Shown here: in pieces, positions 8,850-18,035 of the stretch
How the letters are laid out: every line of letters starts with the position of its first letter
Numbering within the stretch: position 1 is the stretch's first letter
Assembly: GCA_033762295.1 (NCBI GenBank)
Contig: JANRLW010000083.1
Coordinates: 1-64,000, forward strand
Source of the DNA: Capsulimonadales bacterium
GTDB taxonomy: Bacteria; Armatimonadota; Armatimonadia; Armatimonadales; Armatimonadaceae
Direction: 5' to 3'
DNA: 64,000 bases
Notes under the pieces: model-generated
What the model saw: the letters and a program-made list of their open reading frames with translations, nothing else
Databases searched by the model: none
Told to the model about the DNA's origin: nothing
Translations under genes and position numbers: made by a program

Positions 8850-10196
8850 TCAGGGAACGATCAGAAGCGAGTTGACGAATTGCCGGTCGTTCGCCGTTTG
8901 CGGGTTGTCCGGGTCGGTCATCCACTGGCCGTCGATGACGAACTTATACATATGCCGTCCCGGTTCCGCTTCCGTCTCGGTCGTCCAGATATCCCCCTGC
9001 CGGGTCAGGCGCGTCGCGCTATCCGACCATCCGTTGAATGTTCCGGCGACGGCGACCGATTTCGCGTCAGGGAAACCCTTCAGACGAAACGTGATTTTGC
9101 GGACCGCCGGAGGATTCTGCCGCAGTTCGGTCAGGACCTCCTTCAGTCGACCTTTCCAGCGTTCGTCCGTCGTCTTGTCGACCAGCGCTTCAATCGCCAG
9201 CAGACGGGCCGTATGAAGAGCTTTGTACGCCGGGACCGGGAATTCGGGTTTGACGCCGACCCCCTCCCAGTTGGTTTTGGTGATCGGGTTGATGGCGCGA
9301 CCGACCGGAATCCAGACGGCGAAGTGATCGTCGATGCGGATATCGCCGCCGCCGTTCGCGCCGCCGCCGGTCGTCTCTCCGATCAGAGTCGCCCGTTTCA
9401 GGTTTTGCAGGTCGTAGGCGAACTCCTCGGCGCCGGAGAAGGTCCGGGCGCTGGTCAGAACGTAGACCGGCTTATTCAAATACCGCTTGCCCGGAACCTG
9501 CGCCAGCGTGTAGTAGTCGGTGGTCTTTCCGGACGGACGCCAGTACAGGCTGTTGATATGGGTCGGCTTTTCGAAAAGATACGAACAGACGCGGGGGATC
9601 GCCTGTTCGGACATCGAACCGCCGTTATCACGCAGGTCGATAATCAGGGCATCGGTCCCGCCGAGGTAATCGAACGCCGCCCGAAGCGTGTCGCCCATCC
9701 ATTCCGGATCGACGAAATAGTTGATCTTCAGGTAGCCGAGGTTGCCCGGCAGTACCTCGACGCGTTCGAACCCGAAGTTCTCCCGGGTCACCTGGCGGCG
9801 CATTTCGTCGATCGCCTCCTGCGGCGGGTCCATCGGCCGGCCATTATCCCGGGGCAGGGGATCGGGCGAGTACATTACTCGCAGGTGCTTGTCCTGGCAC
9901 ACCTCCCGCAGATCGCGGGTGAGCGTTTCGGCGAACGCCTGCCCGTCGGTAAGGCGGTCATACTCCTTGCGGGCCATCCGTTCGCGGATCGCCACTTCCA
10001 TTTTCCGTGCCGTCTCCGGGAAGACGTACTGCTCGTTGAGTTTCTTCAGAACGGTGTGAAGCACCCGTTCGCGTGTTGCCGCATCGATCATTCCTTTTGC
10101 CTCCCGGGCAAGCGCCGTTACCGAACTCAGCACCGATGTCACCGACAGCAGAGCGACATAGATCAGGGCCGCTCTCACACGTGAGTCTCGATTCAT
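8850..10196 (-). CDS. Secreted S41 family peptidase with C-terminal CBM48/AMPK-beta-like glycogen-binding domain
   Basis: Signal peptide; DKHL, LIIDLRDNGG, TFSGAEEF, GETTGGG; C-terminal VAVAGTFNGW...YKFVIDGQWMTDPDNP. Confidence 0.9.
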   Translation of the reverse strand: MNRDSRVRAALIYVALLSVTSVLSSVTALAREAKGMIDAATRERVLHTVLKKLNEQYVFPETARKMEVAIRERMARKEYDRLTDGQAFAETLTRDLREVCQDKHLRVMYSPDPLPRDNGRPMDPPQEAIDEMRRQVTRENFGFERVEVLPGNLGYLKINYFVDPEWMGDTLRAAFDYLGGTDALIIDLRDNGGSMSEQAIPRVCSYLFEKPTHINSLYWRPSGKTTDYYTLAQVPGKRYLNKPVYVLTSARTFSGAEEFAYDLQNLKRATLIGETTGGGANGGGDIRIDDHFAVWIPVGRAINPITKTNWEGVGVKPEFPVPAYKALHTARLLAIEALVDKTTDERWKGRLKEVLTELRQNPPAVRKITFRLKGFPDAKSVAVAGTFNGWSDSATRLTRQGDIWTTETEAEPGRHMYKFVIDGQWMTDPDNPQTANDRQFVNSLLIVP

Positions 10197-10226
10197 TCGA
10201 ACTCTCCTTTCATCTTCCGCAAAATG

Positions 10227-11549
10227 TTAACGAACGGTCAGCAGGGAGTTGACATACTCGCCCTCCTGCCGCGTTTTCGGGTTGGCCGGATCGGTGGTCC
10301 AGGTTCCGTCGACCACGAACTTGTAGCCGTACGTCCCCGGAGCCACCCGCACCCGTATCTCCCATCGATCGTGTTTCCGGACCATCGGTACCGGGTCCCA
10401 CTCGGTAAATTCTCCGGCCAGCAGAACGTCCCGAACCGGCCCTTTCGGTTTGAAGACGATGGACACCTCGCGGGTGCCCGGCGGTTCCGGCAGCAGGCAG
10501 GCCGCGATTCGGAAGGCGGCATTCCCCAGGCCGGTTTCGGTGTTGCAGAGCAGGGCGACCGTGATGTTCTCCTCCGGAAGGCGCAGCAGAAACGAGGAAA
10601 ATCCGTGAATGCCGCCACTGTGCCCCACGTAGCCCCGATTCCGCCACTTGCCGACGATCCAACCGAGTCCGTATGTCTCTTCACTTCCGTCGGAAAGTCG
10701 GACGGGCCGCCACATTTCGGAAACGGTCCTCGACGACAGCAGGCGGCCTGCGGCGACCGAGGCGTCCCAGCGGATCAGGTCATCGACCGTGGAGAGAAGA
10801 TAGCCGGCGGTAAAGGGAATCGCCGGAGGAACCGGCTCGGCGTTGAAGTATCGGCCGTCCGCAAACCGGTACCCCGAAGCGCGTCCGGGTATCAGGGACG
10901 CGGAATCGTTCGCACTCGTCCGGGACAGGCCGAGGGGCTGAAAGATCCGTTCCCGGAAAAAACGGGCGCAAGGTTTGCCACTGACCCGCTCCAGAACGAG
11001 TCCGAGGAGATAGTAACCCATGTTGCTGTAGTTCCACCGGGTTCCCGGAGCGAACATCAGGTCGGTGTCCTTGACCAGAGTCAGCGTCTTCGTCGGGGTG
11101 AACGAGGGATCATGGAGGAGCCGCTCGATTCCTTCGTTGCCGATTTCACCGGGAATGCCCGACGTATGCTCAAGCAGTCGGCGCAGGGGAACGGATCGCC
11201 AGGCGACCGGAGCTTCGGGCACATAGTTTCCGAGCGGGTCATCGAGGGATAACTTGCCTTCGTCGCGCAACAGCAGGACCCCGACCGCCGTGAAGGTCTT
11301 GGTGATCGAACCGATCTGGTACACAGTTTCGGGCGTGGCACGAATCCCCCACTCCTGGTTGGCGAACCCGTAGCCTTGGCGTTTGACGATCTTACCGGAG
11401 CGGACGACGACCAGAGAGAGACCGGGAATGTGTTGACGCTCCATGGTCATTCGAACGATATCGTCGATGCGGTCCGCCTGCGCCGGTGGCGACAGGGCCA
11501 GGACGGCGACGGCAAGCGGCGGAAGTGATCGGACACGGAGAACGTTCAC
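10227..11549 (-). CDS. Secreted serine hydrolase (class C beta-lactamase/S12 family) with C-terminal CBM48/AMPK-beta-like domain
   Basis: Signal peptide; SITK (SxxK), YSN, HSG; C-terminal VLLAGEFTEW...YKFVVDGTWTTDPANP. Confidence 0.9.
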   Translation of the reverse strand: MNVLRVRSLPPLAVAVLALSPPAQADRIDDIVRMTMERQHIPGLSLVVVRSGKIVKRQGYGFANQEWGIRATPETVYQIGSITKTFTAVGVLLLRDEGKLSLDDPLGNYVPEAPVAWRSVPLRRLLEHTSGIPGEIGNEGIERLLHDPSFTPTKTLTLVKDTDLMFAPGTRWNYSNMGYYLLGLVLERVSGKPCARFFRERIFQPLGLSRTSANDSASLIPGRASGYRFADGRYFNAEPVPPAIPFTAGYLLSTVDDLIRWDASVAAGRLLSSRTVSEMWRPVRLSDGSEETYGLGWIVGKWRNRGYVGHSGGIHGFSSFLLRLPEENITVALLCNTETGLGNAAFRIAACLLPEPPGTREVSIVFKPKGPVRDVLLAGEFTEWDPVPMVRKHDRWEIRVRVAPGTYGYKFVVDGTWTTDPANPKTRQEGEYVNSLLTVR

Positions 11550-11618
11550 AGGACGATTCCTTTCCTGAAAATGGCAAAAATAGAAAATAAACCGATTTGA
11601 CGGTCGCCTCAGCGGAAG

Positions 11619-12164
11619 TCAGGCGGGAGGCGGTTCGGACTTATCCGGAAAAACGATGTTGCTGAGCAGATGACGCTGTCCGTTTTCCGGACGGGGGCGC
11701 TCGGCCCAGCGGCGGACGACCTCGCCGATCTCCCCTTTGAAGCGGTCGTACTCGTCCGGCGCCAGATAGAGAACGGTGAGAACCGCGCTGACAAGGTCCG
11801 TCCTCGGGGCGGCATCCTCCCGGGTGACGTAGTTGCGGAACTGGGCGTTGAGCATGTCGGTAAAAGCCGAGAAAAAGACGAGATGATCGGCGGCCGGGGT
11901 GTTCAGGGTATCCTCCGGCGTGATCATCACCTGCTTCGGTCGAACTCCGTAGACCCTGGTCGGCGCGCCGTTCACCCGGACCTCATCGACCGCTTCGAGG
12001 ATCTCCCCCTCGACCAGCAGGCGAACATGCCGGTAGAGAGAGGGCAGGGGGATCTCCGGCAGGATCGCCGCCAGCTGCGCGATCGTGAGCGGGCGTCCGG
12101 TCAGGGCGGTGATGATCTGCGCCCGCATCGGATGGGTAATCAGATTGATTTTATCGTTCGCCAT
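11619..12164 (-). CDS. Winged-HTH (ArsR/HTH_20-like) transcriptional regulator
   Basis: HPMRAQII...SLYRHVRLLVEGEIL...VRVNGAPTRVY. Confidence 0.85.
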   Translation of the reverse strand: MANDKINLITHPMRAQIITALTGRPLTIAQLAAILPEIPLPSLYRHVRLLVEGEILEAVDEVRVNGAPTRVYGVRPKQVMITPEDTLNTPAADHLVFFSAFTDMLNAQFRNYVTREDAAPRTDLVSAVLTVLYLAPDEYDRFKGEIGEVVRRWAERPRPENGQRHLLSNIVFPDKSEPPPA

Positions 12165-12177
12165 CGCTCACCAATCG

Positions 12178-12224
12178 TTATCATTATTGAAAATGATAAT
12201 ACAGGGCGATACGGCGTTTGTCAA
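12178..12224 (-). promoter_or_regulatory. Promoter with overlapping palindromic operator
   Basis: TTGACA(12224-12219)-17 bp-TATTAT(12201-12196); inverted repeat TTATCATT-N6-AATGATAA at 12178-12199. Confidence 0.7.
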
Positions 12225-12392
12225 GGACGATTTCTCCGTTATTCGGAGACAATAAAGAGACGTGATAAATTCATTCAAATGAATGATTCGGTGATCATGT
12301 TCAATAAAAATGGGCGGAAAGAAACGAACGGAGAAAATTTCCCGTAGATGGTGATGTGTGATGTGCGGAATGACAGGAAAGGAACTTTGAGA

Positions 12393-13376
12393 ATGAATAA
12401 GAATCGTCGGGGACGCATCACGGATCGGAGCGGGGCCTTCCGTTCCGGAGCGGGTTTTACGCTGATCGAACTGCTCGTGGTGATCGCGATTATCGCCATT
12501 CTGGCCGCGATTCTCTTCCCGGTCTTCGCTCAGGCCCGGGAGAAGGCCCGCCAGACCAGCTGTCTGTCCAACCAGAAGCAGCTGGCCCTCGGAATGATTC
12601 AGTATGTGCAGGATTACGATGAGATTCTGCCGCCGGCCTTCGGGTTGACCCTGGTCGGGAATCCGCCGACCGCCTTCCCGCAGAACTGGGTCGCCGACGG
12701 AATCGGCGGTATCAACGCTCCGGTGGCCACCATTCCCGCCGGATTGATCGTTCCGGGTTTGATCCAGCCGTATATCCGCAACAACCAGGTGATCACCTGT
12801 CCGTCGGCGCGAACCGGGGCTTCGGCGGTGTCCGCCGGTCTCGGCTATATGTATAACGACCTGGCGTCCGGCCGGTCGATCGCGACGATGAACGGCCCCG
12901 CCCAGACCGTTCTGCTGGCGGAATCCACCCCGGCGACCGGAAATCTCGGCCCGATCACGGGGAACAGCCTGCAGTTCGGTGTCGGTCATTCGGTGAACCC
13001 GCCGGTCGCCGACACGCCGGGAGCCTATCCGCCGGCGTTGCCGGTGCCTCCGGCCACCGCCGCGCTGTTCACGGCCACCACGGTTCCGTTCTCCCCGGTC
13101 AACTACCAGACCGAGTCCGCGGACCTCGATGATGTGGCACGGCACAGCAACGGGGGGAACTTCGCGTTCGGCGACGGACATGTCAAGTGGTTCCGGGTCA
13201 ACTGGAACGCGGTGACGGGGCATACGAACAACGTCTATTTCCCGCCCGCCCTCTTTTTCCAGCCCAACGCGCGGGTGGGGGTGGGAACCTTCCAGGTCGG
13301 GAACTGCCTGCCCAATTCCGAGCCGGTACCCGGCGGCAATATGTGTAACTTTGCCGCGACCTTCCATCTGAACTGA
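12393..13376 (+). CDS. Prepilin-type N-methylation protein, DUF1559 / H-X9-DG family
   Basis: [14 protein letters not shown]..., [34 protein letters not shown] before ATG 12393. Confidence 0.92.
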   Translation: MNKNRRGRITDRSGAFRSGAGFTLIELLVVIAIIAILAAILFPVFAQAREKARQTSCLSNQKQLALGMIQYVQDYDEILPPAFGLTLVGNPPTAFPQNWVADGIGGINAPVATIPAGLIVPGLIQPYIRNNQVITCPSARTGASAVSAGLGYMYNDLASGRSIATMNGPAQTVLLAESTPATGNLGPITGNSLQFGVGHSVNPPVADTPGAYPPALPVPPATAALFTATTVPFSPVNYQTESADLDDVARHSNGGNFAFGDGHVKWFRVNWNAVTGHTNNVYFPPALFFQPNARVGVGTFQVGNCLPNSEPVPGGNMCNFAATFHLN

Positions 13377-13426
13377 CGGTTCGGACGGATGCAGGGAGGA
13401 GAGGAGATCACGACGAACCTGAGAGT

Positions 13427-14074
13427 ATGAACAACCTTCAGGACGTCATCGGCGCGTCAAGAGCCCTGCTCGAGACCAAATATCAGGCGCGGGAGATCGC
13501 GCTGGCGCATGGAAGGGCGTTGACCCGCACCTGCGCCAACGCGATCCGCGCGATGCATCGGGGCGAGTTCTCCGAGGCCCGGACCACGCTGGACGGCGCC
13601 CGTTCGGAAGCCGCACAGGTGGCTCAGGCCCTGGCCGCCCATCCCGATCTCTACTTCGCCGGTTACGTTCAGGATGCCCACAAGGAACTGGCGGAGGCGG
13701 AGTGTCTTCTCGCCCTGATGCAGGACCGGGACCTGCCGACGCCGGAGGAGTTATCGATCGAGACGGCCGCCTATCTGAACGGACTGGCCGAAGCCGCCTC
13801 GGAGGGGCGTCGGTATGCGCTGGACTGCCTGCGGCGGGGGGAACTGGCCCGGGCGCAGGAGACGCTGGTCAAGATGGACGATATCCTGTCCGTCCTGACC
13901 ACGCTCGATTATCCGGACGCGGTGACGTCGGGGTTGCGGCGCACCTGCGACGCGCTGCGGGCGGTGGTGGAACGGACCCGGGGCGATGTGACCCTGACCG
14001 TTTTGCAAACGCGGGTGCTGAACGCCCTGACGGCCCGCGCGGTTCCCGATCCGCCGGCCGGGGGGACCGTTTAA
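13427..14074 (+). CDS. Translin/TRAX family protein (archaeal-type, COG2178-like)
   Basis: All-helical; RE...R...AI..MHRGE, KELAEA, AYLNGLAEAASEGRR, DYPDAVT.GLRR..D..R..VE.TR. Confidence 0.85.
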   Translation: MNNLQDVIGASRALLETKYQAREIALAHGRALTRTCANAIRAMHRGEFSEARTTLDGARSEAAQVAQALAAHPDLYFAGYVQDAHKELAEAECLLALMQDRDLPTPEELSIETAAYLNGLAEAASEGRRYALDCLRRGELARAQETLVKMDDILSVLTTLDYPDAVTSGLRRTCDALRAVVERTRGDVTLTVLQTRVLNALTARAVPDPPAGGTV

Positions 14075-15030
14075 TCGGTCGGCGATTCGGCCAGCAGGGC
14101 GGCATAGGGGCCGCGTCGACCGTAGGCGGCCAGTGTCTCCAGATAGACATCGGGCATCCCGATATCCCAGCGGGTGCCGTTCAGGAACGCCGCGCGGTAC
14201 GGCGGCGCTTCGCCGGCCAGTGAACGTCGCAGCAGAAGCTCCTGGCCGGAGGTCAACTGAAACTCGTTCTTGACCCGCGTCTCCGTCTCGATCAAATGAC
14301 CGAGGCAGTCGAAGATCTCGGGCGTGAACAGATGCAGGCCGAAATGGCAGAGGTAGTACCCCTCCGGCACCCCTTCGGTGGCGAAATCCTTCGCCTCGGC
14401 GGGCGTCGGCTTCTCGCGCAGGGCGAGGATATCGTACACCTGTCCCGGCGCGTCGGCCGGCAGTTCGGGGTTTCGCGCCCGACACCGGACCACGCCCGTC
14501 ACCGAAACGGCGGTCTCCGGATCGAGGCGCACCGAGGTGACGGATCCGCCGTTCTCCGCGCCCACGTTCAGAATCTGCGCCACGCAGGAGCGTTCGCCGT
14601 CCGGCACCGTGTAGACATGGTCGCCGAGAAGGAGCAGAAACGGTTCATCCCCCACAAAATCGCGCGCCTGGTACACGGCGTGACCGAACCCTTCCGGGGA
14701 CGGCTGTTCGACATAGGAAAGGTGTGCGGCGATCTCGCCGAGCCGTTCTCCCGCCGCCAGCAGAGCCGGTTTGGACGCGAAGACCCGTCGTTCGTCGTCC
14801 GAGAAACCGCGGAAATGTTCCCGGAACGGTCCCTGTCCGCCCCGCTCGACGACGATGCAGACCTCCTCGATCCCCGCTTCCAGGCACTCCTCGATGATGA
14901 TCTGCAGGGTCGGTTTCACCAGACCGTCGCGATCGATCAGGGGAAGCAACTCCTTTTGAATGCTTCGTGTGGCCGGGAACATCCGGGTTCCGCGACCGGC
15001 GGCGGTGATGACCGCTTTACGTGCGCGCAT
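14071..15030 (-). CDS. galU: UTP--glucose-1-phosphate uridylyltransferase-like nucleotidyltransferase
   Basis: KAVITAAGRGTRMFPAT...KELLP, QPSPEGFGHAV, LLGD, EKP, WDIG. Confidence 0.8.
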   Translation of the reverse strand: MRARKAVITAAGRGTRMFPATRSIQKELLPLIDRDGLVKPTLQIIIEECLEAGIEEVCIVVERGGQGPFREHFRGFSDDERRVFASKPALLAAGERLGEIAAHLSYVEQPSPEGFGHAVYQARDFVGDEPFLLLLGDHVYTVPDGERSCVAQILNVGAENGGSVTSVRLDPETAVSVTGVVRCRARNPELPADAPGQVYDILALREKPTPAEAKDFATEGVPEGYYLCHFGLHLFTPEIFDCLGHLIETETRVKNEFQLTSGQELLLRRSLAGEAPPYRAAFLNGTRWDIGMPDVYLETLAAYGRRGPYAALLAESPTD

Positions 15031-15075
15031 ACTCTCTCCTGGTTCGTCCCCGACGGGACGATGGACAGCCGTCTT

Positions 15076-15621
15076 TTACAGCAGTTTTTCGATTTCGGGC
15101 TTCAGGATGGCGTACATGGCGACGTCCGGGTTGACCCCCTGACCTTCCCAGACGATCTTTCCGGACTTATTGATCAGGAAGGTCGCCGGGATGCCGGCCG
15201 GATTGCCGAACCCGTTCATGATCTCCTGCGTCACCAGAGCGACCGGATAGTTCAGCTTTTCGTCGCGAGCGAAACGGCCGGCAAGCTCCAGGGAGTCATC
15301 CGCCGACAGACCGAGGACGACGAACCCGCGCGGACCGAGTTCCTCCTGCAGTTTGACCAGGTCGGGAATCTCCATCCGGCAGGGACCGCACCAGGTGGCC
15401 CAGAGATTTACCAGAACGACCTTATCCCGGTAGTCCGCGAGTCGGAACGATTTTCCGTCGGCGGTCTTGACATCGAAGTCCGGCGCGGGTTTGCCGACCG
15501 ATGCGCCGTTCGCACCCGGCTGGCCGCTCGGTTTCATCGCGCTGCCCAGTAAACCGATGAACGCGACGGTGAAGGCGACAATGATAACGGCGAATAACCA
15601 GTTAGGAATCTGCTTGCCCAT
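15076..15621 (-). CDS. TlpA/ResA family thiol-disulfide oxidoreductase
   Basis: N-terminal TM anchor, APDF, VNLWATWCGPCRMEIP, IPATFLI. Confidence 0.9.
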   Translation of the reverse strand: MGKQIPNWLFAVIIVAFTVAFIGLLGSAMKPSGQPGANGASVGKPAPDFDVKTADGKSFRLADYRDKVVLVNLWATWCGPCRMEIPDLVKLQEELGPRGFVVLGLSADDSLELAGRFARDEKLNYPVALVTQEIMNGFGNPAGIPATFLINKSGKIVWEGQGVNPDVAMYAILKPEIEKLL

Positions 15622-15728
15622 GAATGATGGCCCTTCCATCCTGAATAAAGAGAAATCCTCTCCCACTATACCGCCCGGAACGGCGGTGCGGGAACGGAGG
15701 ACGACAACGAAGGAGGAAAAAACGAGGA

Positions 15729-15809
15729 TGCCGAGAGCGGGACTCGAACCCGCACGGGTTGCCCCACACGCTTTTGAGGCGCGCGTGTCTACCGTTCCAC
15801 CATCTCGGC
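15729..15809 (-). tRNA. tRNA-Leu(CAA)
   Basis: GCCGAGA acceptor stem, anticodon loop CT-CAA-AA, long variable arm, GGTTCGAGTCC T-arm; CCA not encoded. Confidence 0.93.
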
Positions 15810-15992
15810 TGATGTGACCCGCCTATTATAGGGCCGAATGCGCGTCCGCGCAAACCGACCCCGAACGACAAAAACCGTTCGGGCATCGCAAATTCTTAAT
15901 GAAGTCTTAACACCACACGGTTCCATTTCTGGTATAGTGGGTTGGTTCAGTGTTGGTATACTCCCGGAGGGTGGGAGATCGGGGTAAGGGTC

Positions 15993-17108
15993 GTGAGTCA
16001 GTATCTGTATGTCGAGATCGCGTCGTCGCTGAAAGGCCGGATTCGACGCGGCGATTTTGAGGCGGGGAAGTTGCCGTCCGAGCGTGAACTGACGTCGGAA
16101 TACGGCGTGCAGCGGGCGACGGTCCGCCGCGCCCTGCAGGTGCTGGAGGCCGAAGGGTTGATCTTTCGGGATACGACGCGCGGGACGTTCGCCCGGACGC
16201 CGGAGACCCGCGGGACCGAACGCGGCGGGATCGCTCTGGTGATCGGACGGGCCGAGGACACGACCGCGCCGGGAGATATCGCCCGCGGTCTGGCTCAGGC
16301 GCTCCGTGAGGAGGAACGGTTCCTGGTGTGGTTCGATACGCCCGCCCTGCCCGGACACGCGGAAGCCGAAGTGCCGCATCCGGACGATCTGCTGGCGCGC
16401 GGCGTGGTCGGCTGCGCGCTCTGGCCGCAGATTCCGGCGTCCGTCGAACGATTGCGGGCGCTGCGCGACGCGATGCCGCTCGTGTTGCTCGACCGACGCG
16501 TGCCCGGTTTCGAATCGGATTTCGTCGGAATCGATGATGTGGAAGCGGCGCGGACCGTGACCGAACATCTGCTGGAACTCGGACACCGGCGGATCGGGTT
16601 TGTCGCCGTGGAACCGCATGTCGCCACCGTGCAGGCGCGCCTCCAGGGGTGGAGCACGGCCCTGATGGCGACCGGGGTCCCGGGAGGCGATGGTCGGACC
16701 CTGTTCAAAAATGGAGATTTCTCCAAGGCGGACGATCGAATGCTGGAGGACTTTCTGGCCGGAAACGGTGATCCGCTGACGGCGCTGGTCTGCACCAACG
16801 ATACCGTAGCGTCACAGATGATCCGTTTTCTACAGAATTCCGGACGTCAGATCGGGAAGGATGTCGCCGTCACCGGGTTCGGCAACTCCTTCGCCGGTCT
16901 GCTCGATGCGCTGGGACTGACCACCGTCGCCCAGCCGTGGGAGGCCATGGGACGAATGGCCGGCGAGATGCTTCTTGCCCGGCTGAACGACCCTCAGGCC
17001 TCGGATGCCGGTGGACCGTCACGGCGGGAGTATCCCTGCCGCGAGGCCGTACTGCCGGTGTCGCTCGTCATTCGCCGCTCCTGCGGCAGTCCGATTCATT
17101 CCGTTTGA
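15993..17108 (+). CDS. GntR-HTH + LacI-type sugar-binding regulator (AraR-like)
   Basis: [48 protein letters not shown]. Confidence 0.9.
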   Translation: MSQYLYVEIASSLKGRIRRGDFEAGKLPSERELTSEYGVQRATVRRALQVLEAEGLIFRDTTRGTFARTPETRGTERGGIALVIGRAEDTTAPGDIARGLAQALREEERFLVWFDTPALPGHAEAEVPHPDDLLARGVVGCALWPQIPASVERLRALRDAMPLVLLDRRVPGFESDFVGIDDVEAARTVTEHLLELGHRRIGFVAVEPHVATVQARLQGWSTALMATGVPGGDGRTLFKNGDFSKADDRMLEDFLAGNGDPLTALVCTNDTVASQMIRFLQNSGRQIGKDVAVTGFGNSFAGLLDALGLTTVAQPWEAMGRMAGEMLLARLNDPQASDAGGPSRREYPCREAVLPVSLVIRRSCGSPIHSV

Positions 17109-17133
17109 AGGAACTTGCGAAAGGAAGTCAACG

Positions 17134-18006
17134 ATGCGTCATGTTAAGGCCGCCCCGCGCCAGGGGTTCACGCTGATCGAGTTGCTTGTTGTCATCGCCA
17201 TTATCGCCATTCTGGCAGCGATTCTTTTCCCCGTCTTCGCGCAGGCTCGCGAAAAGGCCCGCCAGACGTCCTGTCTGTCCAACATGAAGCAGTGGGCGAC
17301 CGGCTTCATGATGTATGTGCAGGATTATGACGAACGGTTCCCGGCGCAGCAGTGGAACGCCTGGAGCGCCGACTGCACCGTGCAGGGGGTCGCCTACGCC
17401 TGGCAGCAGGTCCTCCAGCCGTACGCGGAACGCGCGTCCGAAAACGGTAGCCGGGTCGGCAACAACGATCAGGCGGTCAAACTGAACCTCTGCCCGTCCC
17501 ACAAGGGCAGCTGGACCGGTCTCCGCAACCCGGCCGGCGAGACCCGGTCCACCGCTCCCCAGCGCCTCGGTTACGGAATGCTCGAATGGGCGAACGCCGG
17601 CGTCGGACTGCCCGGAACCGGCCCGATCGTCTGTGCGCGCCAGGCCGGCGCGTTCCGCCCGCTGGCCGCCATCAACCAGCCCGCCGACACCTTCCTGCTG
17701 GGCGAACAGGGCATCAACTTCAACCAGATGTGCGCCTATCCGTTCGATAACGACCAGAATATCGAGGGCCAGGCGGACTACTGCTTCAACCGCTCGACCG
17801 TCGGCAGGGACTGGTGGTGGCGACCGTTCCCGGATGTCCCCGCGACCATTCCGGTGTCCGGCACCAACCTCGATCCGCGACACAACGGCGGGTCCAACTT
17901 CGCGTTCACCGACGGCCATGCCAAGTGGCTCCGCCCCGGCAACACCTACCGGGCGGACGGCTCGTTCTCGATGTGGACCCTGTCCAACACCTGGCGGGCG
18001 CGCTAG
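17134..18006 (+). CDS. Prepilin-type N-methylation protein, DUF1559 / H-X9-DG family
   Basis: G|FTLIELL..., [34 protein letters not shown]. Confidence 0.92.
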   Translation: MRHVKAAPRQGFTLIELLVVIAIIAILAAILFPVFAQAREKARQTSCLSNMKQWATGFMMYVQDYDERFPAQQWNAWSADCTVQGVAYAWQQVLQPYAERASENGSRVGNNDQAVKLNLCPSHKGSWTGLRNPAGETRSTAPQRLGYGMLEWANAGVGLPGTGPIVCARQAGAFRPLAAINQPADTFLLGEQGINFNQMCAYPFDNDQNIEGQADYCFNRSTVGRDWWWRPFPDVPATIPVSGTNLDPRHNGGSNFAFTDGHAKWLRPGNTYRADGSFSMWTLSNTWRAR

Positions 18007-18035
18007 GCAACAGGCCACCGGAAAGGAAACGCGGA

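Noticed and set aside
15729..15809. tRNA-anchored integrated element
   Set aside because: No integrase and no duplicated tRNA 3' end were seen; the flanks are ordinary chromosomal genes.
4130..18006. Diversity-generating retroelement or cassette-switching explanation for the variable pilins
   Set aside because: No reverse transcriptase, recombinase, TR/VR pair or silent cassettes are visible.
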